Assembly: GCA_964016885.1 (NCBI GenBank)
Contig: OZ024741.1
Span: forward strand, 381,920,001 to 381,984,000
Direction of reading: 5' to 3'
Origin: Eledone cirrhosa
Taxonomy: Eukaryota
Length of the DNA stretch: 64,000 bases
Under the pieces are notes generated by a model. That model ran no database searches, was not told the origin of the DNA, and worked only from the letters and a program-made list of their open reading frames with translations. Of this stretch, positions 13,563-28,359 are shown in pieces. Positions within the stretch are counted from its first letter, which is position 1, and the number at the start of each line of letters is the position of its first letter. The translations under genes were made by a program, and so were the position numbers.

Positions 13563-15954
13563 CCGTAGTAGATGACGGACGCTATATAACTGTTCGCCAC
13601 ACCCACTCGACCTTTCAGGGATAGTTTGCACTCAGACAACTTCTGTGCGAGTGCAAACACCCTGCCCGTTACCACGTCCAAGTGTTACTCCACCTGGAGG
13701 TCCGGTCCGAACCAGACCCGGAGCAGCTTCACCGGTCCCTCCGTTCTGAGTCCGACGACGCCGTTGGAGGGCATCCTTCTGCCTCTCCACATTCCGAGTT
13801 GCAAACCGACGGACTTGTCCCGCTTCAGCTTGGCTCCTGTAAACCTTTCATATTCCTCCAGTAAGGTGCCGATCTGCCCGATTTCCGAGGCGCACGACAC
13901 CATTACTGTCACGTCATCGGCGTAGGCCGACACCACTTTCCGCAATCCCACTTCCAAGGGGAAGCCATGCAACAGCTCCAACTTCCGCAGTAGTGGCACG
14001 AGAGCCAGCACATACAGAAGGGAGGAGAGAGGGCATCTCTGTCGGATGGATCGCGCGATTTGGAACCGCTTCGAGAGGTAGCCGTTCACCTTGACCATCG
14101 AGCAGGTGTTGCTGCTGTGCATTGCAACAATCCAGCCCCTGAAAACGGGTCCCAAGCCTGCCGCCGCGAGCACCGCATCTAGGTACCGATGGTCGACCCT
14201 ATCGAACGCCTTAGATTGAGCCAAGTTGATCAGGGCCCCACCAAAGTCGGGTTCGTTCACTACCCTCTCTACGATGTATCGCATGAGGTGGAGGTTATCG
14301 TGTGTGGACCTGGACGGGATTGCACATGTCTGCGCTTCTCCCACCAGGTTCCCGACGACAAGCGCCACCTCTTCGCTGACACCTTAGCCAAAATCTTTAA
14401 CTCTGTGTTTAGCAGGGTTATGGGCCTGAAGTTATCTATGTCATTCCCCTTGCTCTCGTCGTTCCTCACCGGCGTGACTACACCCTTGGTCACAGAACTG
14501 GGAATTCTCCCGTTCTGTTGCCAGTTGTAGTAGACCGCTTCGAGGCAATCGGAGAACAAGACCGGCATCGCTAAATAAAATTCGTATGGTAGACCATCGA
14601 GACCAGGAGATTTGCGTTTGCCGCATTGGCTCAGCGCTTCCCCTATTTCAGCGGCTGAAACCGGGATTTCGTAGGACTTCGCCTCCCCGTCCGAGAGCCG
14701 CGTCAGACCGTCGAGGTATGGACCGAAAACCATGGCCTCACCCGGCCTGCCGCCCCTCCCGAACGGACGTGCGAAGCGCCGTTGAAAAGCCGCGCACAAC
14801 CGTTCAGGTTCAATGATTACGCGTCCATCCTGGTCCTTCAAAGACCAAATCGTGGACTTGATTCCACTTTTTGCCTCTGTCACTCGGGCCCAGCTAACAG
14901 CTTTGGCTCCCTCCTTACCCAGAGCATGTATTTTACTCTTGACAACGTAGCCCCCGTGCTTCGCGTCAAAGAACTGATCTAAGGCCGTTCTTGACGCCAG
15001 CACGCCGTCCACGTTGCCACTCCTAATCGCCTCTTCTACTCTATCTATCAATTCTCTTTCAGTTCTATTCCTATCTGATGCTAATTCCTGACTATAACCT
15101 ATCGATTCTCTTCTAATTTCTCTCTTGAGAGAGCCCCACCACCTGCTGTTGACAATAGCCCCAGTCAACCGCTGCTTAAGTAGAGTGCTAATCCGCTTAC
15201 TGTAAGCTTTGTTTGTCGGTAAGGACAAGTTTAGCTTCCAGTAACCGGGTCCTTATCTATGTGTTCTATCAAGGTTGACCACTCCGGTCACCAACTTGTG
15301 ATCCGAATAGTCAACCATGAACATTCGTGGACAGCTTAATATTTCCCCTCCTTACTTCTAAATAGGAACCTATCTAGGTACGACTTAGATGTTCCTCTGA
15401 TATTAGTCCACGTCCACAGTGGCTCAGTCGGAACATCTAGTCGATATCTATCGGCGAGATCAAATCGGCTGATTAACCGTTTGAGGCTGTTACACCCCCC
15501 TCTATCGGGATATGCCCCTACATAGTTCCAACAAACCAGTCCAGTCCCCCACTAAAACAAGGAAAGAGACCTTCCCTGAAAAGTCTCTAGGCGCTGGAAG
15601 AAGTCCGATCCCGGTGTGCCCGATGGGGCATACGCTGCCACCAGCCTGAAGGCTCCACCTTCACTACTGCCGACGTCTAGAACCACCAGTTGGCCCTCCA
15701 GGTCCAGGTGTACCTGCCGTGTTGCGCGGCCCAGGTGCTTTCGCAGCAGAACCCCCCCCCCCCCGATGACAGAGAGATGCATAGATCTCAAAGTCGTCGA
15801 AGATGGGGGCCAGTTGGGGCTGGCTGCTGATCCTGGACTTGCAAATAGCTATCACAACCATTCTGTGCGACCCGAGCTCATTTAAGAGTTTGCCCTGCTT
15901 CCAGGACAACCCCAGACCGCGCACATTTAAACATACAACTCTTATAACAGCCAT
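13563..15954 (-). pseudogene. LINE ORF2 (AP endonuclease + reverse transcriptase), disrupted
   Basis: MAVIRVVCLNVRGL, FRLVAAYAP, KSPGLDGLPYEFY, NFRPITLLNTELKILAK, QSKAFDRVDH, SIRQRCPLS, SAYADDVTV, LSLKGRV; WWGSLKREIR linker typical of Tx1. Confidence 0.92.
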
Positions 15955-15997
15955 GTTGGTGGTGAAGAATTTAGAGTGGAGAAAAAGGAAAAGTCAC

Positions 15998-17487
15998 CTA
16001 CCTGTCCTTCTCCTGGGGACCAGGCTGCACAATTGCCATGGGGGTGTCTGCAGGGTTGTTTCGTGGGGTGGTGATTTGGGATGTGGTTGGCACATCAGTG
16101 TGTGGAGGGGTGGGGGTGTTTGGTGGGGGAGGGCTGTCTGGGGTGGTCGTGGGGAAACATTTCAGGAGTACGCGGTTGCTAGGTCTGGTACAGGGGTTCC
16201 CCACGTCCTTGGGGAAGTTCTGTTTGAGTATTGCGCATGTGTCCCTTGGGACCCTAATCATTTTTTAATGCGGTTTAGTCGCCGCGTTGGTGAACATTTT
16301 CCATTTGGTTTCCACCGAAGTGTCTTTGTCTATTGTTTGCAAAAGTGTCTTGTTGTTTGTGTTGATGTATGTATATTGTTTTTGTTGTGTTGTGTTTGTT
16401 TTTGTTTGTAGTTATTGTGTGTGTTTGCGTTTTGTAGTATGTGTTATGTTTTCGGGTGGGGTGGGTTTTTTTGTTTGCGATGTTTGTTCTGTTTGTGCTG
16501 GTGGTTGTGTGTTTGTTGCATGTTTTTTGATGTGGTGCCTTCTTTTCTTTCTTTTTACCGGTTGAAAGGGTTCTCCCTCGTCGTCACTGGGTGACGTTGA
16601 TACGTGTTGTTGTGGTTGTTGTTGTGGTGGTGGTGGTCGTGGTTTTGTATTGTTGTGTGTGGGGTGGGCAGAAGCGACTTTTTTTTGGGGGGGGGGCATT
16701 TAAAAGGGGACAGGAAATCCTCAGGTGACCACTTCTTGAATAGTGGTAGCATGAAGGCTGACTGCCCTCAACAGAAATGTTTATGAAGGCGACTCCATCC
16801 AGGGACACACGCTGCGGTATTCCTGCTATCCGTTCTGGTCTCATTTGGACCAGAACATCAAGGCTATTGCTGCCGAATCCACACCCTGTGGATTCGCCTA
16901 TCGAAAGGATGGTGTCCTCATCTTCTAAGAATCCCGTTAGCACCCACCAAATCTTCGCATTTGGCCTGACGCCCGAGATTCTTATCTTTTGAGTTCTTTT
17001 CCTCAAATATGTGGGGAAAAAGGTGTATGCTTTGGATACAATTGGCGACACAGAATATTTCCGTGTCGCCAATTCATCTTGCATTAAAACAGATATGCTT
17101 CCATACAGTTTCCCTTTCTGTATGAAAGCGATATCCTTCCAGGCACTACTTAGGACCAGCTCAATTTCGCTTTGGGACAATTGAGCCGGTTTCCTAGTCG
17201 TGTTCGAAACTGTCCTAAAAATTACGGTCCTGAGGACTGTGGCCATTCTAATTTCTTCGGGGGAGGTAATTGTGAATTCCCCACCTTCACCGAAACTTAC
17301 ACAATTCCTTGCTTCTTTCAGCAATTTCTTGGCATTCGAGATATCCAGTGCCTTGTATGTTTGCGTTTCTAGAACCGCCTGTGAGAAGGAGACTGCAGCT
17401 GTGGTTCCTTTTTTCTTTTGTGTTGTTATCATTGTTGTTCTTGTTTGTGTAATTGTTACTTTTTGATGTTTTCACCCATTTCCACAA
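15998..17487 (-). pseudogene. LINE ORF1 (gag-like nucleic-acid-binding protein), frameshifted
   Basis: Degenerate zinc knuckle CYHYSRSGHLRISCP; P/T/H/K-rich tail; lies directly upstream of ORF2. Confidence 0.7.
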
Positions 17488-18222
17488 TGTTTTCTTTTGA
17501 TTCCGTTGTGTCTTTTGCGGGAGTGAGGAAGGAAGGCTTACAGAGTTGTGCTGCTACATTTTCTCTATCACTTTCCTTGGAGTGTGTGGCATGCGTCGTG
17601 TTAATGGCGTCCATTGTCACTAAACGACTTTTTATCGATAACTTATAACTATCAAATTTCGCCCCAATAAGGGGCGAAATTTATTTTACCCGACGTCTGC
17701 AGGCCCAGGCGAGGGGTTAAACACAACAAATAACAAGTAGCTTCTGGTATTAAATTCCGACAAAATGCAGGAGCGAAATAAAAACACGTCTATCTCCTCC
17801 AAGATAGATAGATAGATAGATAGAGGCGGTCAGAGAGAGATAAATATTATACAGTTAAGTCATCACTCAGACAAAGAAGCAAGTTTACATATTAAACTTA
17901 TGCCAAACATTTGTTTAAGGGAATATAAATCAGACAGACTAAAATAAGAGAGTGGCACTCACATAACTGCATCTCTACCATGGTTTCAAAAACGGAAGAC
18001 ACAGTACAAGTCAGTTGAACTCTTGGTAGTAATCAATATTGTAAGAATGCGTATTTTCGTCAGAGGAGTATTTTGGGGGAAATGGAGAGTATTCCTCATA
18101 AATTCGTTGCAGAAACAGTGTGCTGTCCAGAACTTTCTTCTGTCGAATTATAAATGAACAAGTCTCTCTCTACATATTAGGACAATGTGACGAGCTTATA
18201 GTGACGCTAGAAATAGTAGCCC

Positions 18223-18274
<52 letters not shown>

Positions 18275-19400
18275 CGTGTATGTGTGTGTGTGTGTGTGCG
18301 TGTGCGTGCGTGTGTGTGTGTATGTTTGTGCGTGTGTGTATGTCTGTGTGTACGTGTACTTGTGTGTGTAACCGTGCGTGTGTGTTGCTGGGTGTTTATC
18401 AGCTTATATGCTTACCCTTAATGTTCACTTATGACCAGTACCCTAGTTCTTTCACAAAATGTGATCGATAAAATATCCACCTTACTATTAACTGAATACA
18501 TATATACATGCTGCATTATATATTTCGATATATATCGCTGAATATTTACTTTCCACACATATGTTTCTAGAATCACATCCATCTGAAGATTTTAGCATTA
18601 TGGGAATTACGTTTGAAATTAAACATGTGGCAGTGTTTTTTCTTACGACGTGAATCCGTATATTTGGAAATCGTTATCATATAATAATCCAAAGAATCCG
18701 ATTGTTAAATTCTGCATGTTTCGTTGCAATATGATATTTTAACTTTCTTTATTAATTATTTGACAATGATTAATATATATATATAAAACAGATTCATCTA
18801 TGATCATGTAGCACTGGTTAATATGTGTTTCTCATTTACCCTTTCTACTATAACAAATTTTCGTTTCACATCATCCCAACCAATTAATGGAAAGGGAAAT
18901 GTGTCACGTAAGAGTATTATCGATTTGTAATATAGAGACGGATATTTTCGGGGTCGTACACATACAAATAATCATGTTATTTTTTATGGAAAGCCTCTAC
19001 TTCATTCTCTTAAAGAAATTACTCACACAGTTACCATATATCACACATTATAAAACAGAAATGTTTAATCAATCTAAGCAGACTCTAATAATGTACTGAG
19101 TTGGAGACGGTTATTCACATTTATTTCCATTATGTATATTCTAAGTATATCATCAGTTCTACAGAAAATGGATGACGATTTTCAATATATTCTCTGATCC
19201 CCGACGGGAGCTTGTAGTTATCTGATCTTAGTTCTGTATTCTAGCAATTCATTGTATTGTGCATTGTCATCTAAATACATATTCTATATTATTTTTAAAA
19301 AGTAAACAGTAATACCTCTACCTTTCTGCACGTCTCAAAATCGTGGTTCTTTTCCCTATCAGCATTATCGCAATTACTGATGATGACAACATATATTTAT

Positions 19401-19509
<109 letters not shown>

Positions 19510-21616
19510 TATATATATACATATGTATACATATATATATATTGGACGCAAATTTGTTTCATTACTGATAATAGAAAAAAATACAAGTATTATTTTTGTT
19601 ATATCAACATTCAGATTCACAATTAGATTTACAAAATCTTTCCGGTTCTTTTTTGTTGCATATACAACTTATTACTTTCATTCAAATGATTTCTTCATAA
19701 TATCCATTCTAAAACTGGTGATGTTGTTTCATAACTTTAATATTTTTTCCGTGATCTATGGCGTCAATCCCGGTCGATTATTTCATACTTCCTGACAATA
19801 TTACTTTTATCTGATTTCAAAGTTTTTCTATGTATATTACCTTTTCTATTTTATATTACTATATATTAAAATGAAATATTAATTATTGTCTTTCTGGTGA
19901 TTTTGTTAATACAACAATAAAATTAGCCACAGGCAAATGGAATTTAATTCATATATAATCTCTGATTATAAATTATATATGTTTCAACTTATACGTTTCA
20001 AAATCTGAACTCACAATTGAGTTTCTGAAATCGATGGAATTACCCAACCGTATATCAAGATCTGTACTCAATATGTTCTCCAGTAAAACTGTATTATATG
20101 TGTAGATTAATTTAGCTTTATACTATATTAGTAAAACATGCCTATTCATATAACAGTAACGTTCTGTTCGTTCCTTACTTGAGGACTTTGTACACTAATA
20201 GAAGAAATATTATTGACATAGCTTGTTCGTTTCGTTTCAACGAATTTATCTTCACGTAATTAGAAACATCTAATCAGTTATTATTGTAGTTAATCATATA
20301 TGAAATGTAAATATTTTACTCTTTGAAATAAGCAATTCAGCACTTGATCAATGAGATAAGAGATAAAGTAAACTTGTACCATATAAGAGAGATTATATCA
20401 ACTAAACGATAATCAGTGTGGATGGTTTTAACGATACAGTATTATTTGTTATTACTGATCTGTAACAATTAACGTCAGAGTGGTATTTATAAAATGTCTA
20501 CAGCAACCTCGACAATTTATATATCTAGAGGTTAAGTCTATTGACACGTAGACGACCGTATGTATTTGAGATTGTTCGTCAACCTCGCACCACAGTAACA
20601 TGACCGTAATACTAAATTTTCTAACAGCATCGAATATAGTTTAGTAAACTTCCCCGAAACGAAGTTAACCTTATATCGACTGTACGCCTACCTAAATCAG
20701 TACAACATACGTTTACCTTCAGCTACGAATTTGCTTCTGTTCAAAGCATTGGATTTTGCCAGACCAATCTACTCCATCTGTGATCCCTTCGGTTTTTGGA
20801 AAATAAATTTGCATATAGCACCTGGAGTGGGGGAATTGTTTTATTTAACCATGATTGTTTTAATGGGCGACTTGCTTATGAATTACCAAAGCATATAAAG
20901 TGTATGAAAGATCTTTTATTATGCTTAAAACCTTCTAGATGTGACATTAAACTTTGCAAATGTAACGTTTCACGTAAAGCAACAACTTTGAGCGAAACTT
21001 CACTCGGCACCTGATCTATTTTCGATGCAAGACTAGTAAAAGCTCTACATCTCCATTACATTTTACATGCCATCTTCGTGACTAAGAACACAAATGTCTC
21101 AATATTAGGGGCAGTCTTCTACATTTGAATCCCGTAACTACTAGTTTAAATTCAGTGAGAGATCGCATCTATTGAAGCTATCACTGATATATATTGACCG
21201 AATTACTTAACATCTGTTCCCATCAATACAAATATGCCTTGTTAAAGTAGCAATTGGACTTGAATGCCTCATAACGACGATTTTAACTCCAAATGGAAAT
21301 GCCCTCTTATTCCTGATGCTTTTAACTAGCATTAAACTCATGCATCAAAATGATGCCGCTCTTTAAATTGTTACTATTAAAAAAACACCAGATATGACGA
21401 CTGTTGCTGCCGACCATATTCTCAGCCACATTCCCCATCACTTGTCTCTTACAACATAATGATTTAGGCGTCATTTTCTGTTCGCTTCCAAAACCAAAGG
21501 TAATTTAAAGATATGTCCACAACTTAATATATTTATTTAACTTCTATATTATTTCTTGATGGCTTCATTTAATTGATTACACATTTACACACGTACATAC
21601 GCGCGCACACACGCAA

Positions 21617-21687
<71 letters not shown>

Positions 21688-22020
21688 TACATACATGTAT
21701 ATGTAATCTGAGTTTATATATATATCTGTAATTTGAGTTTTTTTAATATTAATAATAATATTCGATTCGTTTGCAATTATGCTAACAGCCTCTTTCAGAC
21801 ATGTCAGTAGAATGACACCCTCAGCCTTGCTCTCGTATTGGCATGCAAACAAAACTGCAGACGCTAATGTTTCTGGATGATTACCCTTCATCAATGCAGT
21901 TTACTGTTCACCTGCCAACTGTCAGAGTTAGTGGAAATATAGGATATTTTCTAAAATATACAGAGATTGATCGGCCTGAATTGCATGAAAAAGAATCGAA
22001 TATTATTTTTAATATTCGAA

Positions 22021-22236
22021 GGGCGGTGGATTGACAGTATCGTTAGAGGTTCGGGCGCCATGCTTTACAGCATAGAGTTACGGTCCTTTATGTTCTGAGT
22101 TCAAATCCCGCCGAGGCTAACTTTGCCTTTCATACTTACGGGGTCGATAAAATAAGTACCAGTTACGCACTGTCGGCGATTTAATCGACTTACCCCTCCC
22201 CCCAAATTGCTGGCCTTGTGCCTATTTAAGAAACCA
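22021..22236 (+). mobile_element. tRNA-derived SINE, octopus OK-like
   Basis: ggcggtg...gagttcaaatccc (box B)...ctttgcctttcat...ggggtcgataaaataagtaccagtt...tggccttgtgcc; recognised from memory of the family, not by a search. Confidence 0.75.
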
Positions 22237-23366
22237 TTATTAATATTCGAAAAACTCACATTACATTTATTGTATTCAGCCACGGAGAGCGATAACTTTT
22301 TGGTAATATAAATATATATATACTTTTTCTTTCTGCGTGTGCGCGTGCATGTGTATGAAATACCTGCGTACAAACTTTAATTTTATTTAGAAAATATGGG
22401 GAAGAGCGAAAGCGAAGATTTAACACTCGATAACTTACAGGTCAAATTTTCCGGAATTGTAAATGTAAGGAAAAAAGATAACAAAGGAATTTTTTCCCTA
22501 GAAACGAGTGAGAGAAAACATTTATCGTTTCTTGTCTTTTAAATGACGATGAAGTTGTTATGCATTGAATATAACATATATGTGTACAGAGTTTAAAAGT
22601 ATTATAAGAGCTATGACTAGAAACTCTAGTGAGATGACACTTTAATGCACTTCCGGAATTGTAAATACGCCACAAGGATTCATCAGTTTGTGGGTTAGAA
22701 AGATGCCAAACAAGTAAATGATGATGTGATATATTTAATGAATATAATGTAGGCTGTCAGAAAAACATAACTAAATTTCAGGAAATATAAAATTTACTCT
22801 TGTATTTCTTCCTTACCTAAATCACTCAATGCAGTATGAATATATGTCTAGTCTTTAACATTTATACATGCTTTAACTTTCATTTTTGTCAGATATCAAA
22901 TATAAGCCATTGTTTATTCTTCGTTTTTAACTCTATTCTGAACATCGTCACACGATCGTTTAAAGATGTTTTGATACGAAAGAGATTGACTGTTATGTTT
23001 TGGAATGTATTGAGTTATGTTCTTTAAAGTTGAAATGGGTACACTTGAGATTAAATGAATCAAGATATATATTATACAAATATTTGATATTTCTAGTTCT
23101 GAAAACCAACCCATTTCAATGTGTCTCTCTGCTAAATGTATTAATGCTTTATTTGGTGCATTACTGCAAAGGACATTCGATATGTTCAAATATGTGTAGG
23201 CAGATAGTAATAAATATCCCCGTTATTTGTCTCTCTGGAAAGTAGATATCAATGGCAATATGTCATCATTATTGTTTTGTGATTTCCAAGAAAATAACTT
23301 CAACGGCAGGGATTCAGAAACTGATTTGTTCCCATCCACTTCTCTCTCTCTATATATATATATCAA

Positions 23367-23456
<90 letters not shown>

Positions 23457-23458
23457 TC

Positions 23459-23508
<50 letters not shown>

Positions 23509-23542
23509 ATTCTCTCTATATCACACACATATACACACGCAC

Positions 23543-23574
<32 letters not shown>

Positions 23575-23586
23575 GTATATATACAC

Positions 23587-23689
<103 letters not shown>

Positions 23690-24146
23690 TAAACGGAATA
23701 GAAAATGCTGACAAATTGTTCACAGTTGAAAAATGGTTTAATTAGGAATAAAATAGTATTAGTGATTGTATGGGTTAGTATTCAGTTGTGGTTTTAAGTT
23801 TTTAAGTTTTTACCGGTTGCGCATTTCTAAATGCTTTTCAAAAATAATTTTGAGATAGTGTCCGTGCTGTTTGCTCTGATCTGATTAGTTTTGGGAATTC
23901 TACCTGTTTTTATGTTAAAAAAGTGGCTCCAATTTGCAAAAATTCTTGTGGTCAAAACAATTTTGATTGGTCGGTAGAGGTCATGTGAATGTAAAAAATT
24001 GATTTTGCGCGAAGACTGTTTTTATGTTAAAAAAGTGGCTCCAGCAAAAATTCTTGTGGTCAAAACAATTTTGATTGGTCGGTAGAGGTCATGTGAATAA
24101 AAAATTTGTTTTGCGCCAAGATTGAGATATGACTCTTTCACAACAA

Positions 24147-24214
<68 letters not shown>

Positions 24215-24507
24215 TAGTAGTATTAAGGTGTTCGATGTTTTGATAATGGTTAGCAGCGATGTGTGTCAAATGGCTATTAAGATAAGTGTGTGTGTGTGTG
24301 TGTATGTGTGTGTGTGTGTGTGTATAGCAGAATAATTCGTGGTGGCAGGGATGGTCAGTAAGAATGTGTTTGAAAGCAATGGGGGGTATTTTAGCCTGTC
24401 AAAAGATATTTTTCAGCTTTTGTCTTATACAGAGAAGTGCGTGTGTGTGTGTGTGTGTATATATATAAGTCTCTTTGTATGTTGATGTACGCGTTGGTAT
24501 GTGTGTG

Positions 24508-24541
<34 letters not shown>

Positions 24542-24695
24542 GGTGGACCAGTATTTTTTCCCCCCTGGTAAAATGGTGTACATTATTCGATTTTTTCAGT
24601 AAAATCGGTTCTCTTAATAGAACATCAAAAATCTTTACAATAAAAGGTGTGAAATGATATTCACTATATATATATATACACACACATATATATAT

Positions 24696-24739
<44 letters not shown>

Positions 24740-24875
24740 TATATATATGCACATATATTTTTTTGTGTTGCACCATAGAGCATGTGTGTTTACGTATGTC
24801 ATTGTGTTTATATGTGGGTAGAGATGTGTGCTGATGTAGGTATGTATTTTGACGTGTGTATGTTGTGGGTTCGTC

Positions 24876-25686
24876 TTAGGGAGAAGTGTTTAGACGGGGT
24901 CCGTATTTGTTAATGAAGTAAGATTCCTTGCTGATGCGCTGGGTGTGGGAGGCATTATCTTTAAATTTGTAGAGGGGAAAGATTCTGAAGTTGGGATGAT
25001 TTGGGGCGGCACAGGTATCAATGTGTTCACTCAGTGGTATTTTACTGTATTCCCGTATTTTGATTTGGGATCTATGGACAGTCATGCGTTGGCGGAGGCT
25101 GGTTTGGTCTGGCCTATGTATTGTTCTCGACAACCTGAACAAGTTAATACATATATTAGATTTTCCGATGCACATGTGAAATTGTGTTTTACTATAAAAC
25201 GTTGTCCATCTTTGAAATAGAATTCCGGACCCTCTATTAGGTTGATGCAAATGCCACAGTTGGGTCTATCGCATTTTTTACTGTGTGTTTCGTTGTTGTC
25301 GTTGGCAGTACTTTGGCATGTGTTAAGATGTTTTTCATTGACTTGGATTGTCTTTTGCTCTTTATGATATCGTGTGTTCGTAGAATTTGGTTCATTCTAT
25401 GGTCCGTTTTCAATACAGGGATGTTCTGGAGGATGGTGTCAAAGGCCTCATTGTTGAGGGGGTTGTGTGTGGAGATGTATGGAAGAGCTTTTAGTTTTGG
25501 TTGATTTACTTTAGGGTGTCTAAGGTCCTGGGTACTGAGTTTTAGGGCACGTTGGATTCCATTGTCAATTAGTGATGCAGGGTAGTCCCTGCCTATGAGT
25601 GTGTCCTTTAGTTCTTGTAGCCGTAAGTAGCAGATGTTTTATTGGAGACTATAGTACAGATTCTCTTGGCTAAGTTGTAGGAATAT
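24876..25686 (-). pseudogene. Mirror copy of the Neptune GIY-YIG fragment, frameshifted
   Basis: Reverse complement of 25819-26633; same C-terminus [16 protein letters not shown]. Confidence 0.88.
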
Positions 25687-26633
25687 CAACAACTCCCCTT
25701 CCTCGACATCCTCATTAAGATCCATAACAAAAAATAGAAACAGACATATAATACAAGCCCACAGACTCCAAGCAATAACTCCCCACTAACTCTTGCCACC
25801 CTAGACACGTTAAAATTAATATTCCCTACAACTTAGCCAAGAAAATCTGTACTATAGTCTCCAATAAAAATATCTGCTACTTACGGCTACAAGAACTAAA
25901 GGACACACTCATAGGCAGGGACTACCCTGCATCACTAATTGACAATGGAATCCAACGTGCCCTAAAACTCAGTACCCAGGACCTTAGACACCCTAAAGTA
26001 TATCAACCAAAACTAAAAGCTCTTCCATACATCTCCACACACAACCCCCTCAACAATGAGGCCTTTGACACCATCCTCCAGAACATCACTGTATTGAAAA
26101 AGGACCATAGAATGAACCAAATTCTACGAACACACGATATCATAAAGAGCAAAAGACAATCCAAGTCAATGAAAAACATCTTAGCACATGCCAAAGTACT
26201 GCCAACCACAACAACGAAACACACAGTAAAAAAATGCGATAGACCCAACTGTGGCATTTGGATCAACCTAATAGAGTGTCCGGAATTCTATTTCAAAGAT
26301 GGACAACGTTTTATAGTAAAACACAATTTCACATGTGCATCGGAAAATCTAATATATGTATTAACTTGTTCAGGTTGTCGAGAACAATACATAGGCCAGA
26401 CCAAATCCAGCCTCCGCCAACGCATGACTGTCCATAGATCCCAAATCAAAATACGGGAATACAGTAGAATACCACCGAGTGAACACATTGATACCTGTGC
26501 CGCCCAAAATCATCCCAACTTCAGAATCTTTCCCCTCTACAAATTTAAAGATAATGCCACCCACACCCAGCGCATCAGCAAGGAATCTTACTTCATTAAT
26601 AAATACGGACCCCGTCTAAACACTTCTCCCTAA
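25687..26633 (+). pseudogene. Neptune PLE RT thumb + Cys linker + GIY-YIG endonuclease (C-terminal fragment)
   Basis: [76 protein letters not shown]. Confidence 0.9.
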
Positions 26634-26777
26634 GACGAACCCACAACATACACACGTCAACATACATACCTACATCAGCACACATCTCTACCCACATATA
26701 AACACAATGACATACGTAAACACACATGCTCTATGGTGCAACACAAAAATATCTGTGCATATATATATGTATATGTG

Positions 26778-26887
<110 letters not shown>

Positions 26888-27258
26888 ATATATATATATG
26901 TGTGTATATATATATATATAGTGAATATCATTTCACACCTTTTATTGTTAAGATTTTTGATGTTCTATTAAGAGAACCGATTTTACTGAAAAAATCGAAT
27001 AATGTACACCATTTTACCAGGGGGAAAAAAATACTGGTCCACCCCCACACACACACACACACACACATATATATACACACACACATACACACGCGTACAT
27101 CAACATACAAAGAGACTTATATATATACACACACACACACACACGCACTTCTCCGTATAAGACAAAAGCTGAAAAATATCTTTTGACATGCTAAAATACC
27201 CCCCATTGCTTTCAGACACATTCTTACTGACCATCCCTGCCACCACGAATTACTCTGC

Positions 27259-27339
<81 letters not shown>

Positions 27340-27643
27340 TTGTTGTGAAAGAGTCATTTCTCAATCTTGGCGCCAAACAAATTTTTTATTCACATGATCT
27401 CTACCGACCAATCAAAATTGTTTTGACCACAAGAATTTTTGCTGGAGCCACTTTTTTAACATAAAAACAGTCTTGGCGCAAAATCAATTTTTTACATTCA
27501 CATGACCTCTGCCGACCAATCAAAATTGTTTTGACCACAAGAATTTTAGCAAATGGGAGCCACTTTTTTAACATAAAAACAGGTAGAATTCTCAAAACTA
27601 ATCAGATCAGAGCAAACAGCACGGACACTCTATTTCAAAATTA

Positions 27644-27680
27644 TTTTTGAAAAGCATTTAGAAATGCGCAACCGGTAAAA
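27644..27680 (+). ncRNA. Atypical minimal hammerhead-like motif (UUGAAAA...GCAA) in the Neptune pLTR
   Basis: ttt-TTGAAAA-gcatt taga aatgc-GCAA-c cg g-TA-aaa; identical in copies at ~23808-23844 (minus) and ~51236-51272. Confidence 0.5.
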
Positions 27681-27834
27681 ACTTAAAAACTTAAAACCAC
27701 AACTGAATACTAACCCATACAATCACTAATACTATTTTATTCGTAATTAAACCATTTTTCAACTGTGAACAATTTGTCACCATTTTCTATTCCGTTTACC
27801 AATATATAACTTGTGTGTTACACCTCTTTTCTTT

Positions 27835-28048
<214 letters not shown>

Positions 28049-28050
28049 AA

Positions 28051-28147
28051 GGCGTGTGGCGGAGTGGTTAGAGAATTGGATTCGCAATCGTAAGGTTGTG
28101 AGGTGCGATTCCTGGACCAGGCGATGCGTTATGTCCTTGAGCAAGAC
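28051..28147 (+). mobile_element. tRNA-derived CORE-type SINE, octopus OR2-like, 3' truncated
   Basis: ggcgtgtggcggagtggttag (box A), ggtgcgattcc (box B), tgtccttgagcaagacactttattt (CORE-like). Confidence 0.7.
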
Positions 28148-28267
28148 ACTTTATTTCCCGTTGCTCCTTCTACCTGGAGTTGCGACCGATAGATATTATT
28201 AGCAATTGAAAAGACCAACGGAAACATTCTTCCCTCGGTCCGATTTAACGAAAGTCGATCGTTCCTT

Positions 28268-28316
<49 letters not shown>

Positions 28317-28359
28317 AATACCTATATATATGTATGTATATATGTATGTATGTATATAT

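Larger units (their letters stand above)
13563..17802 (-). mobile_element. Tx1/L1-type LINE, 5' intact, 3' truncated, decayed
   Basis: 5' UTR, ORF1 and ORF2 (APE + RT) in order on the minus strand; (GATA)n abuts both ends. Confidence 0.88.

Noticed and set aside
15803-17648. Plus-strand ORFs over the LINE (e.g. 15803-16411, 202 aa)
   Set aside because: Antisense shadows of low-complexity LINE ORF1/ORF2 sequence.
20700-21500. Possible decayed hAT-like transposase or host exon (CIDG-like motif on minus, also near 52345)
   Set aside because: Stops in all frames and only a 4-residue resemblance; needs a translated profile search.
27366-27582. ~100-bp tandem duplication resembling an array
   Set aside because: Two-copy internal duplication in the Neptune 3' UTR, mirrored in the other arm; no spacers, not CRISPR.
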